Part shown: positions 31,488 to 40,423 of the stretch, piece by piece
How the letters are laid out: each line of letters opens with the position of its first letter
Numbering within the stretch: the stretch's first letter is position 1
Assembly (NCBI GenBank): GCA_039028615.1
Contig: JBCCHT010000019.1
Span: forward strand, 1 to 64,000
Direction of reading: 5' to 3'
Source of the DNA: Myxococcota bacterium
GTDB taxonomy: Bacteria; Myxococcota_A; Polyangia; Nannocystales; Nannocystaceae
DNA length: 64,000 bases
Translations under genes and position numbers: made by a program
The notes under the pieces: generated by a model
What the model was told of the DNA's origin: nothing
The model's input: only the letters and a program-made list of their open reading frames with translations
The model's database searches: none

Positions 31488-33218
31488 GTGACGCTCCTCG
31501 ATCGTCTGGCCGCCATCGATCCCCGCGCCGTCGTCGAGCGGTTGAGCCGAGACCCACCCCAGCGGATCCTGGCTCGGGCCGCCCGCGTTGCGGTGCAGTC
31601 CGGCTTCGGGAGCATGATCGGCGACCCCTTGGCCATGGGTCAGATCGCGCTGCAGCGAGGGCTCGGCGTCCGCAGCCTGCATGCCCTGCACGCGGCCGGG
31701 AGCCCGGGGCGCGTGGCGGTCATCGACCGCCATCGCCAGCTCGACTACGCCGGGCTCGATGCCGAAATCGACGCGGCCGCCAACGCGCTGCGAGCCGACG
31801 GGGCCCGACGAGGCGCACCGGTCGGGCTGCTGATGGAAAACCGCTGCGAGTACGTGGCGCTGTGGATGGCGCTGACGCGGCTGGGCATCGCCAGCGCGCA
31901 CCTGGGCACCTCGGCCACCGCGGCCGAGCTCGCGCCCATCCTCGAGCGCTCGGGCATCGAGCGAGTACTCGTGAGCGAGGCGACCCGCGACACCGCCCAG
32001 CAGGTCGCCACCGATCACCCGCAGCTCGGCCTGCGCCTCATCGACGTGTCGCAGCAGCCCGCCCCCGGGTTGGCCTCGTACCACCAGCTCATCGCCCAAC
32101 AACGCGGTCGGGCCACGCCCACCCGCGACACCGAAGGCGACGCGGCGAGCGTGGTCTTCACTTCGGGCACCACCGGTCGACCCAAGGGCGCGGTTCGAGA
32201 CCTGCAGTCGCTCGGCGTGATGGATCTACTGCGCATCCTCGAGGTCCTCCCGCTGCGCGTCGGCGAGCGCCACCTGGTGGTCTCACCGCTGTATCACTCG
32301 GGCGCGCAGGCCTTCACCCTCCTCTGCTCGGCCCTCGGGGCCACGCTCGTGCTCGTCGATCGCTTCGATGCCGAGTCCGTGCTCGATACGCTCCACCACC
32401 AACGCATCGAGAGCACCTTCATGGTGCCGACCATGCTGCGCCGCGTGCTCGACCTCCCGGCGGAGCTGCACGCCCGTCGTCCCGCGTCCACGGTGCGCGC
32501 CATCGTCTCTGGAGCCGCGCCCTTCCCCGTGGGCCTACGGCATCGCGCGATCGAGCGCTTCGGGGCGGATGCGATCTTCGACTTCTACGGCGCGACCGAA
32601 CTGGGCTGGGTCACGCTCGCAACCGGCCACGACATGCTCGAAAAACCGGGCACGCTCGGGCGCCCCTTGGGGGGTCAAGAAGTTCGGGTGGTCGACGAGG
32701 ACGGACGGTCGGTCGCCGATGGCGAGGTCGGGAAGATCTACACCCGCAGTCATCAACACATGCGGGGCTACCTGCGCGATGAAGCCGCCACCTCCGAGAT
32801 CAAGGACGGAGGTTGGGTGACCGTCGATGACTTGGGGTATCTCGACCCGGATGGTCACCTCTTTCTCACGGGTCGTGCCCGCGACATGGTGATTAGTGGT
32901 GGGGTGAACGTGTACCCCGTCGAAGTGGAAAATGTGTTGTCTCAACACCCACAGATTCGAGATGTGGCGGTGATCGGTCTGCCGCATGCCGACTGGGGAG
33001 AGCAGCTCACTGCCGTCGTCGTGGCCGAAGAGGGGTTCAGTGCAGAAGCGATCGACGGTTGGATCCGGGAGCGCCTGGCCAAGGCCAAGCGGCCGCGTCG
33101 ATGGGAGCACGTGGATGTGCTACCCCGGAACCCCACCGGAAAGGTGCTCAAGAGAGCACTGCGCGAGCGCTACGCCGACGGCTCCTCCGACGCGGGCTCC
33201 GCAGCCGGCGCCTCCTGA
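31488..33218 (+). CDS. AMP-dependent acyl-CoA synthetase
   Basis: FTSGTTGRPKG, FYGATE, DLGYLD, GRARDMVISGGVNVYP, LPRNPTGK. Confidence 0.92.
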   Translation: MTLLDRLAAIDPRAVVERLSRDPPQRILARAARVAVQSGFGSMIGDPLAMGQIALQRGLGVRSLHALHAAGSPGRVAVIDRHRQLDYAGLDAEIDAAANALRADGARRGAPVGLLMENRCEYVALWMALTRLGIASAHLGTSATAAELAPILERSGIERVLVSEATRDTAQQVATDHPQLGLRLIDVSQQPAPGLASYHQLIAQQRGRATPTRDTEGDAASVVFTSGTTGRPKGAVRDLQSLGVMDLLRILEVLPLRVGERHLVVSPLYHSGAQAFTLLCSALGATLVLVDRFDAESVLDTLHHQRIESTFMVPTMLRRVLDLPAELHARRPASTVRAIVSGAAPFPVGLRHRAIERFGADAIFDFYGATELGWVTLATGHDMLEKPGTLGRPLGGQEVRVVDEDGRSVADGEVGKIYTRSHQHMRGYLRDEAATSEIKDGGWVTVDDLGYLDPDGHLFLTGRARDMVISGGVNVYPVEVENVLSQHPQIRDVAVIGLPHADWGEQLTAVVVAEEGFSAEAIDGWIRERLAKAKRPRRWEHVDVLPRNPTGKVLKRALRERYADGSSDAGSAAGAS

Positions 33219-33344
33219 CGGGGCGAGATCGCCCTTCCTCGCCTCGTCGCACTGAGCACGTGCGCAGGGCCGTTTCATCGGGCATGCTGTTGACACTCCT
33301 GCGCCTTCGCCCGTTCTTCTCGCGCCCTCTCTTCTCTGCGACCC

Positions 33345-34244
33345 GTGTCTGCGCCGACCATCGCCCTGGTCTTCACCGACCTGGACAACACCCTATACGA
33401 CTGGGTGGCTTGGTACTCCCGGGCATTCCATCGAATGCTCGACGCCGCGTCGTCACGCACCAAGATTCCACGCCCGCAGCTGCTGTCGGAAATGCAGCAG
33501 TTGCATTGTCTGCGGAAGCGACTCGAAGAACCCGAAGCCTTGCTTCATGCCCCGAGCATTCGGCAACACTTCGGCACGGCCACTGAAGCGAGAGTCGCAC
33601 TTCGCTCGGCCTTCGACTCCTACTATCACGCCAACTACCCCATGGGTCTGCATACGTACCCGGGGGTTCGCTCCACGCTGCAGCGGTTGGCGGCCTTGGG
33701 CGTCGCGGTCATCGGGCATACCGAGGCCCCCGCCAACCATGCGGTCGCCCGCCTGCGGGCCTTGGGCCTGGAGCATGCCTTCGTGTCGCTGCTCGCCGCG
33801 CCGCCCTCCGTCGACGATCCCACCCTCGGCGAGCCCGACATCGGCAACCCGCCCTTTCCCGTGCGGTGCCTGCTGCCCGAGGAGCGCAAGCCCAACCCCG
33901 AGGTCCTGCACCAGCTGTGCGCCCATGTCGACGTGGCGCCTCGAGCCGCGCTCTACGTCGGTGACAGCCTCGGCCGCGACGTTCGTATGGCGCAGGCGGC
34001 CGGCATGTGGACCGCGTGGGCCCGCTACGGCATTCACCACGACCCACGCGACTGGGCCCGGGTGGTCGAGGTGAGCCCGTGGACGGCGACCCAGCGTGCC
34101 AATGCCGTGCGTGAAGAACCAGGGGACGAAGCCCAGCCCGACGCCGTCTTGCAAGAGTCCTTCGCCGAGTTGCTGACGCACTTCGACTTCGCTCCGCGTC
34201 GTCCCTACGCGCCGAGCGCGGCCCTCGAGCTCGTCGCCACGTGA
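33345..34244 (+). CDS. HAD-superfamily hydrolase
   Basis: Motif I TDLDNTL, motif III KPNP, motif IV YVGDSLGRD. Confidence 0.88.
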   Translation: MSAPTIALVFTDLDNTLYDWVAWYSRAFHRMLDAASSRTKIPRPQLLSEMQQLHCLRKRLEEPEALLHAPSIRQHFGTATEARVALRSAFDSYYHANYPMGLHTYPGVRSTLQRLAALGVAVIGHTEAPANHAVARLRALGLEHAFVSLLAAPPSVDDPTLGEPDIGNPPFPVRCLLPEERKPNPEVLHQLCAHVDVAPRAALYVGDSLGRDVRMAQAAGMWTAWARYGIHHDPRDWARVVEVSPWTATQRANAVREEPGDEAQPDAVLQESFAELLTHFDFAPRRPYAPSAALELVAT

Positions 34245-35446
34245 AGCCGGCCGCTCCGCGCGTATCGTCCGGCCCCGAGATCGAGGCCGACCTAGCCGAC
34301 GCGAAGCATCGCGACGCGCTCGATGCTCGACTGCAGGCCGCCGTCGATGCGGGCACCGAGACCTGGGCCGACCTGCTCGCGGCCAGTCACGGCGCCGACC
34401 CCCGCCTCGTCGCGCATCGAGTGCAGGCCCGAGGACTGCCGATCACCGACCTCGCGCCGCCCTCGTCCGCGCCGGTCGAGTCGAGCTGGACCCCCGAGCT
34501 GCATGCCCTCGACTTCGAGTGGTACTTCAGCGCGCGCTGTGCCGAGTGGCTCGCCGCCGAGGTCGCCCGGACCAGCCGTCGGGTGCTGTGCCTGGGCTGC
34601 CCTACCGTCGCCCATGCCCTGCTCGCCCATCCCCGGCTGACGCGGGTGACCCTGGTCGATCGCAACCCCTTGGTGCGGCAGCGACTCGGCGACCCCGAGG
34701 CGCTGCACACCATCGCCGAAGATCTGGATGCCGCGCACCTCGAGGCGGGGCGCTACGACACCGTCGTCTTCGACGCCCCCTGGTATCCGGCCGCCCTCGC
34801 GCACTGGCTCGCCGTGGCCGCGGCCGCGGTGCGCCCGGGCGGACGTATCCTGTTCGCGTTGATGGGGGCGCTGCATCGACCGAGCGCCGTCGCCGACCGT
34901 GCCTCCATCGTGCGCATGGCGGAACGATGCGGCCCGGTCACCATCGACGAAGGTCGCTTGCGCTACGAGAGCCCCCGCTTCGAACGCGAGGCACTCGCCA
35001 CCGCCGGCGTGGCCACCCCCGCCCACTGGCGGCGCGCCGACCTCGTGCAGGTCACGGTGATGCATGACACCGATGCCCTACCCGTCGCACCCGCCCCCGT
35101 CTCGAGACCGTGGTCACGGTTCGTAATCGGGCCACAAGTGATCCATCTCGACCCTGACGCGACCAACGAAGTCGGCGACATTCTTGCCCCCGTCGCCCTT
35201 AGAAATGACTTTCGTTATGCATCCATCAGCACCCGCGATCCCCGTCGCGCGCGGATTGGCCTGTGGACCTCGCGAAGCCGGGTGGCCCGGGTTCGCCGTC
35301 CACAGCTCGTTGCCGCCCTGCTCGAGCGCCTGGCCGCCACCGGGCAGCTCCGCTCGCTCCGCGGACACCCAGCTCTGGCTACCCTCGACGACACCGCGCA
35401 GGCCCGCCTCTTCGCCGCGCTCCGTCACCTCCTCGGCCTGTCCTGA
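34241..35446 (+). CDS. Class I SAM-dependent methyltransferase-like protein (amino-MTase type, DAPW motif)
   Basis: VLCLGCPT, VTLVDRN, YDTVVFDAPWY (DAPW at 34772-34783), VRPGGRI; GTGA overlap with HAD. Confidence 0.72.
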   Translation: MKPAAPRVSSGPEIEADLADAKHRDALDARLQAAVDAGTETWADLLAASHGADPRLVAHRVQARGLPITDLAPPSSAPVESSWTPELHALDFEWYFSARCAEWLAAEVARTSRRVLCLGCPTVAHALLAHPRLTRVTLVDRNPLVRQRLGDPEALHTIAEDLDAAHLEAGRYDTVVFDAPWYPAALAHWLAVAAAAVRPGGRILFALMGALHRPSAVADRASIVRMAERCGPVTIDEGRLRYESPRFEREALATAGVATPAHWRRADLVQVTVMHDTDALPVAPAPVSRPWSRFVIGPQVIHLDPDATNEVGDILAPVALRNDFRYASISTRDPRRARIGLWTSRSRVARVRRPQLVAALLERLAATGQLRSLRGHPALATLDDTAQARLFAALRHLLGLS

Positions 35447-35518
35447 TCACTCCAGGATTGCCCCTACCCCGTCGGCGCTTGCTTCGATTTTTTTCGATGC
35501 GATAGCCTCGATCGCACG

Positions 35519-36391
35519 ATGATGGATGGCATGGAACGAAGACGCTGGCGCGACCGCCTGGGCGTCGGCGTACTGATCCTCAGCGGCTGTGCCTCGACCT
35601 GCGGCACCTCCACCGCCCCGGGCACGATCGGCGAGCTCGGCAACGGCCGCTTCCTCTACCACTGCACCGGGGACAGCGACCCCGTGTGCGAGCTGGCCAA
35701 CAACGAGGAGTTTCCCGACTGCATCGCGCTCGGCGGAGTCTTCGACCTCGAGTTCATGGTGCTCGACACCTCGATCTTCGACTTCGGCGACATCTCGCCC
35801 GTGCTCTACGTCGAGTCGGTGAACCAGGACTTCTTCCGGGGCGACGACGACTACGAGGCCCTGCGCACGGGCGAGGCCGCGTTCCTCGTGCGCGAGGACA
35901 ACCGCGTCCTCGACCTGCTGCACCTCAACATCGTGCGCGCGGATGGCTTCGAGATCATCGCTCGCGACCCGGCCACCCCTTCGGACTCGATCCAGATCGA
36001 GCTGGGCGACACCCAGGAGTTCCGGGTGTTCCCGCGCAGCAGCTCCTGCCAGCAGCTGGGCGGCTCCGTGCCCATCGAGGCCGAGTCCAGCGACATCGAC
36101 GTCGCCTCCACCTCCGACGGCGAGGTGCTGCGGATCCAAGCGCAGGCCCTGGGCACCGCGGTCGTCCGCGTGCGGCAATCCGGGCACGAGCAAGCGATCG
36201 CCGTCGAGGTGGTCGAGGGCGTCGTGCCTCCGGCCACCAGCACCGACTCGGGCAGCGACAGCGGCTCGGGCACGGGCGACGAGACGGCCACCTCCAGAGA
36301 CTCGACGACGGCGGGCACGGGTGGCTCCACCAGCGACACCGACGGGGGCTCCTCCTCGGGTGGCTCTTCGACCGGGATGGCGACACGATGA
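35519..36391 (+). CDS. Hypothetical lipoprotein with Ig-like domains and Ser/Thr-rich tail
   Basis: Lipobox LSGC, beta-rich segments such as LRIQAQALGTAVVRV. Confidence 0.7.
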   Translation: MMDGMERRRWRDRLGVGVLILSGCASTCGTSTAPGTIGELGNGRFLYHCTGDSDPVCELANNEEFPDCIALGGVFDLEFMVLDTSIFDFGDISPVLYVESVNQDFFRGDDDYEALRTGEAAFLVREDNRVLDLLHLNIVRADGFEIIARDPATPSDSIQIELGDTQEFRVFPRSSSCQQLGGSVPIEAESSDIDVASTSDGEVLRIQAQALGTAVVRVRQSGHEQAIAVEVVEGVVPPATSTDSGSDSGSGTGDETATSRDSTTAGTGGSTSDTDGGSSSGGSSTGMATR

Positions 36392-36774
36392 TTCGCACCA
36401 CCCTTGCTTCGGCCATCCTGCTCGCCGCCACCGTGCTCGGGGCGGGCTGCCAGCCCCGCTACGACGGCGTCCAGATCCGCTTTCTGTTCGGCGACGGTAG
36501 CCACGCCTCCAATCGCCTCGAGATCACGGAGGGTCAGGCCGTGCTCATCGAGGTCGAGCCCGTCTCGGGCAATCCTTACGAGGACTACGAGAACTTCGAC
36601 CTGGTCACCCTGGAGTCGTTCAACGAAAACGTCCTGTTCCTCGCCCCCGCCCCCGAGCTCGACCAGTTCGTGCTGGCGGGCGCGGGTGAGGGCGAGACCG
36701 TCGTCCGCGTGAGCATCAATGGCGAGCAGGTCGACGAGATACCGGCCGCCGTCGTGGGGCAGGTGAGCCCATGA
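36388..36774 (+). CDS. Small lipoprotein with Ig-like domain
   Basis: MIRTTLASAILLAATVLGAGC; FVLAGAGEGETVVRV; ATGA overlaps on both sides. Confidence 0.72.
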   Translation: MIRTTLASAILLAATVLGAGCQPRYDGVQIRFLFGDGSHASNRLEITEGQAVLIEVEPVSGNPYEDYENFDLVTLESFNENVLFLAPAPELDQFVLAGAGEGETVVRVSINGEQVDEIPAAVVGQVSP

Positions 36775-37472
36775 GTCAGCTGGCAATCGCTCTCGCGACG
36801 GCCGTGACCCTGGCGATGCCCGGGGGCACGACACCGATCACCGCCGGGCCGTTGTTGCCCACCGTGGCCGTGCAGCCCGCGGCGGAGACGGCCCCACCTC
36901 CGACCGAGGCCGCCCCGACCCCCGCCCCGGCGGCCGAGCCCGCCCCGGCGAGCTCGGCTCCCACCGACGTCGCGCCGGCTCCGGCCACGACTGCGCCCGC
37001 GCAGCCGACCGAGCCTGCCCCGACCACGACCCCGCCGCCCGCCGAGTCCGGGGATCCGCCCGCTGCGGCCCCGGCCGAGCCCCTGCCGATCGTGCAGCCC
37101 ATGCCTGCCCCCACCCCGGCTCCCGCTCAGCCGGCGGCTCCGGTCCGGGACGGTCGCCCGCTCATCACCGCGGGTGCGATCATGATGGCCTTGGGTGGTG
37201 CCTCCATCCTGCTCATCTCTCTGCCCTCCATGGTCGTGCGCAACTCGGCCTTGCGACGGGCCGATGCCGATCACGAGTGGGCGATCACCTCCCGCGAGAC
37301 TCGCTACGAGCGAGCGCGGCGGGCCGACAACGTCATGGAAGGCGCATTCTGGGTCGGCGTGCCCCTGGTGGCCGTGGGCCTGACCGCGCTCATCGTGGGC
37401 AAGGTGCGGCAGAACAACGCTCGCAACCGCCGCGTTGCCGCCACCCCGACCGGGATCGCCGTTCGCTTCTAG
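36771..37472 (+). CDS. Hypothetical exported Pro-rich protein with two hydrophobic helices, ending ...GIAVRF
   Basis: Signal-like N-terminus, P/A/T linker, two hydrophobic segments. Confidence 0.68.
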   Translation: MSQLAIALATAVTLAMPGGTTPITAGPLLPTVAVQPAAETAPPPTEAAPTPAPAAEPAPASSAPTDVAPAPATTAPAQPTEPAPTTTPPPAESGDPPAAAPAEPLPIVQPMPAPTPAPAQPAAPVRDGRPLITAGAIMMALGGASILLISLPSMVVRNSALRRADADHEWAITSRETRYERARRADNVMEGAFWVGVPLVAVGLTALIVGKVRQNNARNRRVAATPTGIAVRF

Positions 37473-37607
37473 GCTCGCGGAGGGTCGCCGCAACGTGGGC
37501 ACACCAATGGCCCACAGTTTGCGCACAACGAAGCGCCGCGCTCGGAGCTTGGCTCCGACGCGGCGCATTGATTAGTGTGGGCGCCACTCGAGCCAGGGCG
37601 ACCCACC

Positions 37608-38801
37608 ATGCCGATCCCGACTCCGTTCCACCCGCGCACCGCCCAGCTGTGCACCAGCATGTTCTGGAAGGAGTGGGCGGGGTACCACGCCGTCCGCTCC
37701 TACGACATCTGCCACGAGCGCGAGTACTTCGCGTTCCGCAACGGCGCGGGGGTCATCGACGTCACTCCGCTGTTCAAGTACGAGGTGCGAGGCCCCGGGG
37801 CGGCCGACCTGCTGTCGCGCGTCACCGTCCGGGACATTCGCACGCTGAAGGTCGGTCGCGTCACCTACCTGTGTTGGTGTGACGACGACGGCAAGATGCT
37901 CGACGACGGCACCGTCACTCGGCTCGACGAGCAACACTTCCGCCTTACGGCGGCCGAGCCCACCTTCGCGTGGCTGCACAAGTTCGCCGGGCCCTACGAC
38001 GTCACCATCGAAGACAGCAGCACCACGCTGGCCGCTCTGGCCGTGCAGGGGCCCACGTCGCGGGACGTGCTCATGGCCGTCAGCGACGCAGCCCTGGATC
38101 GCCTGAAGTTCTTCGGTATCACCCGCGCCCGGATCGCGGGCGCCGACGTGCACATCTCCCGCACCGGCTATACCGGCGACCTCGGCTACGAGGTCTGGGT
38201 CCACCGCGAGCACGCCCTGGCCGTCTGGGACGCGATCATGAAGGCCGGCGAGGACTATCGGGTGATCCCCGCCGGGCTCGACGCGATGGACGTCACCCGC
38301 ATCGAGGCCGGCTTCATCATGAACGGCGTCGACTACTTCGGCGCGAACCACTGCCTGGTCGAGTCGCGCAAGTCCACCCCCTACGAGCTCGGGCTGGGCT
38401 GGACCATCAACCTCGACCGCGACCCCTTCGTGGGCCAAGCCGCGCTGCGGGCCGAAAAAACCCGTGGCCCCGCGTGGGGCATGGCCGGCCTGCGCTACGA
38501 CTGGGACGAGTACGAGGCCCTGTGCGCCCGCTTCGGCCTGCCGCCGCAGGTCCCGTCCGGAGCCTGGCGCGATGGCGTGCCCGTCTTCGATCTCAACGGC
38601 CGCCAAGTCGGGCAGGCCACCAGCGGCGCCTGGTCGCCGCTGCTCAAGGCCAACTTCGCCCTCGCCTCGCTACGCAGCCCTCATCATCGCGTCGGCACGC
38701 GCCTGCAGATCGAGGTCACGGTGGAGTACGAGCGCCACAAGGTCGGCGCCACCGTCGAGAAGACCCCCTTCTTCAACCCCGAGCGAAAGCGTTCCCTGTG
38801 A
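37608..38801 (+). CDS. GcvT/DmdA-like aminomethyltransferase family protein (THF-binding)
   Basis: TPFHPR, IDVTPLFK, DDGTVTRL, LAVQGP, SRTGYTGDLGYE, RIEAG, TPFFNPERK. Confidence 0.92.
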   Translation: MPIPTPFHPRTAQLCTSMFWKEWAGYHAVRSYDICHEREYFAFRNGAGVIDVTPLFKYEVRGPGAADLLSRVTVRDIRTLKVGRVTYLCWCDDDGKMLDDGTVTRLDEQHFRLTAAEPTFAWLHKFAGPYDVTIEDSSTTLAALAVQGPTSRDVLMAVSDAALDRLKFFGITRARIAGADVHISRTGYTGDLGYEVWVHREHALAVWDAIMKAGEDYRVIPAGLDAMDVTRIEAGFIMNGVDYFGANHCLVESRKSTPYELGLGWTINLDRDPFVGQAALRAEKTRGPAWGMAGLRYDWDEYEALCARFGLPPQVPSGAWRDGVPVFDLNGRQVGQATSGAWSPLLKANFALASLRSPHHRVGTRLQIEVTVEYERHKVGATVEKTPFFNPERKRSL

Positions 38802-40423
38802 TCGACAACGCCATCGAGACCGCCACCAAGGCCAGCCGCTCCACCTACGACGTCATCGTCGTGGGCGGCGGGCACAACGGCCTGGTGTGTGCGGCGTACC
38901 TCGCCAAGGCGGGCAAGAAGGTCTTGGTGCTCGAGAAGCGCCATGTGCTGGGCGGCGCGGCCGTCAGCGAAGAGGTCTACCCCGGCTTCACCTTCTCCGT
39001 GTGCTCGTACGTGGTCAGCCTCTTTCGGCCCCACATCATCCGCGAGCTGGGGCTGGTCGATCACGGGTTCCACATCATCCCGCTCGACTGCTCGTTCCTG
39101 CCGCTACCCGACGGACGCTCGCTGGCGCGCTGGAGCGACTACAACCGCACCCGCCGCGAGATCGCCCAGTTCTCCGCCAAGGACGCCGAGGTCTACCCCG
39201 AGTTCGGCCTGGCCATGACCAAGCTGGCGCGGTTCTCCAAGAACATCATCGACGAGCCCGCGCCCGAGCCCACCTCGTTCGCGCCGGGCGAGCTGCGACG
39301 GCTGCTGCGGCTGGGCAAGGCCTACCAGAACTTCGACAAGGACCTGCGACACCTCAACCTCAAGCTGCTCACCATGAGCGCGGCCGACCTGCTCGACGAG
39401 TGGTTCGAGAGCGACGTGCTCAAGGCGCCCATGTCGGTCAGCGGGGTCATCGGCACCTTCCTCGGCGTGCGCTCGCCGGGCACCGCCTACGTGCTCCTGC
39501 ACCACTACATGGGCGAGATCGACGGGGCGTTCCGGGCCTGGGGCTTCTCGAAGGGCGGCACGGGCGGGGTCAGCTACGCCATTGCGGCCGCCGCCCGGAA
39601 GTTCGGGGTGGAGATCGTCACCGAGTCCGCCGTCGACCACGTCAAGCTGCACGGCGACCGAGCCACGGGCGTCGTCCTCGAAAACGGCGACGAGATTTCG
39701 GCCCGCGCCGTGGTCTCCGGCCTCGACCCCCACCGCACCTTCTTCGGCCTGGTGGGCGAGGACAACCTCGAGCCCGACTTCGTCTCGCAGCTGCGTCGCT
39801 ACAAGCTGCGCGGGAGCTCGGGCAAGGTGAACCTCGCCGTCGACCGGCTGCCCAACTTCGTGTCCCGGCCCGGCGCCGGGCCGCACCTCGAGGGGGACAT
39901 CGCCATCTGCCCCAGCGTCGACTACATCGAGCGGGCCTTCGACGAAGCCAAGTACGGCGACTTCTCCAAGCGGCCCTACCTCAACGTCGTCATCCCCTCG
40001 CTGGTCGATCCTTCGGTGGCGCCGCCCGGCAAGCACGTCATCTCGTGCTTCGTGCAGTACGCCCCCTACAAGATCAAGGAGGGGCCCGAGTTCTGGCCGC
40101 AGAAGCGCGAGGCCTTCGGCGACGCGGTGGTCGACACCCTCGCCGAGTACTGCCCCGGCCTCAAGGAGAGCATCCTGCATCGACAGGTGCTCACCCCCTG
40201 GGACCTCGAGCAACAGTTCGGCCTCACCGAGGGCAACATCTTCCACGGCGAGCTCAGCCTCGAGCAGCTGCTGTTCTTGCGGCCGGTCGCCGGCTGGGCC
40301 CGCTACCGCACGCCGATCCGCGACTTTTGGATGTGCGCCTCGGGGACCCACCCCGGCGGCGGCATCATGGGCGCGCCCGGTGAGCTCGCTGCCAAGTCCA
40401 TGCTGAAAACGGGCTCGATATGA
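38798..40423 (+). CDS. FAD-dependent oxidoreductase, phytoene dehydrogenase/PYROXD2-like (subunit 1)
   Basis: VGGGHNGLVCAAYLA, LLHHYMGE, TPWDLE...GNIFHGE, GTHPGGGIMG; GTGA overlap. Confidence 0.92.
   Translation: MIDNAIETATKASRSTYDVIVVGGGHNGLVCAAYLAKAGKKVLVLEKRHVLGGAAVSEEVYPGFTFSVCSYVVSLFRPHIIRELGLVDHGFHIIPLDCSFLPLPDGRSLARWSDYNRTRREIAQFSAKDAEVYPEFGLAMTKLARFSKNIIDEPAPEPTSFAPGELRRLLRLGKAYQNFDKDLRHLNLKLLTMSAADLLDEWFESDVLKAPMSVSGVIGTFLGVRSPGTAYVLLHHYMGEIDGAFRAWGFSKGGTGGVSYAIAAAARKFGVEIVTESAVDHVKLHGDRATGVVLENGDEISARAVVSGLDPHRTFFGLVGEDNLEPDFVSQLRRYKLRGSSGKVNLAVDRLPNFVSRPGAGPHLEGDIAICPSVDYIERAFDEAKYGDFSKRPYLNVVIPSLVDPSVAPPGKHVISCFVQYAPYKIKEGPEFWPQKREAFGDAVVDTLAEYCPGLKESILHRQVLTPWDLEQQFGLTEGNIFHGELSLEQLLFLRPVAGWARYRTPIRDFWMCASGTHPGGGIMGAPGELAAKSMLKTGSI

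Noticed and set aside
37496..37517. Possible sigma54 element GGGCACACCAATGGC upstream of the GcvT-like operon
   Set aside because: The -12 region is a poor match, and the sequence is equally explained as a small hairpin (gtgggc/gcccac) after the upstream gene.
37608..38801. Calling this gene gcvT of the glycine cleavage system
   Set aside because: No gcvH or gcvP in the window; family-level call only.
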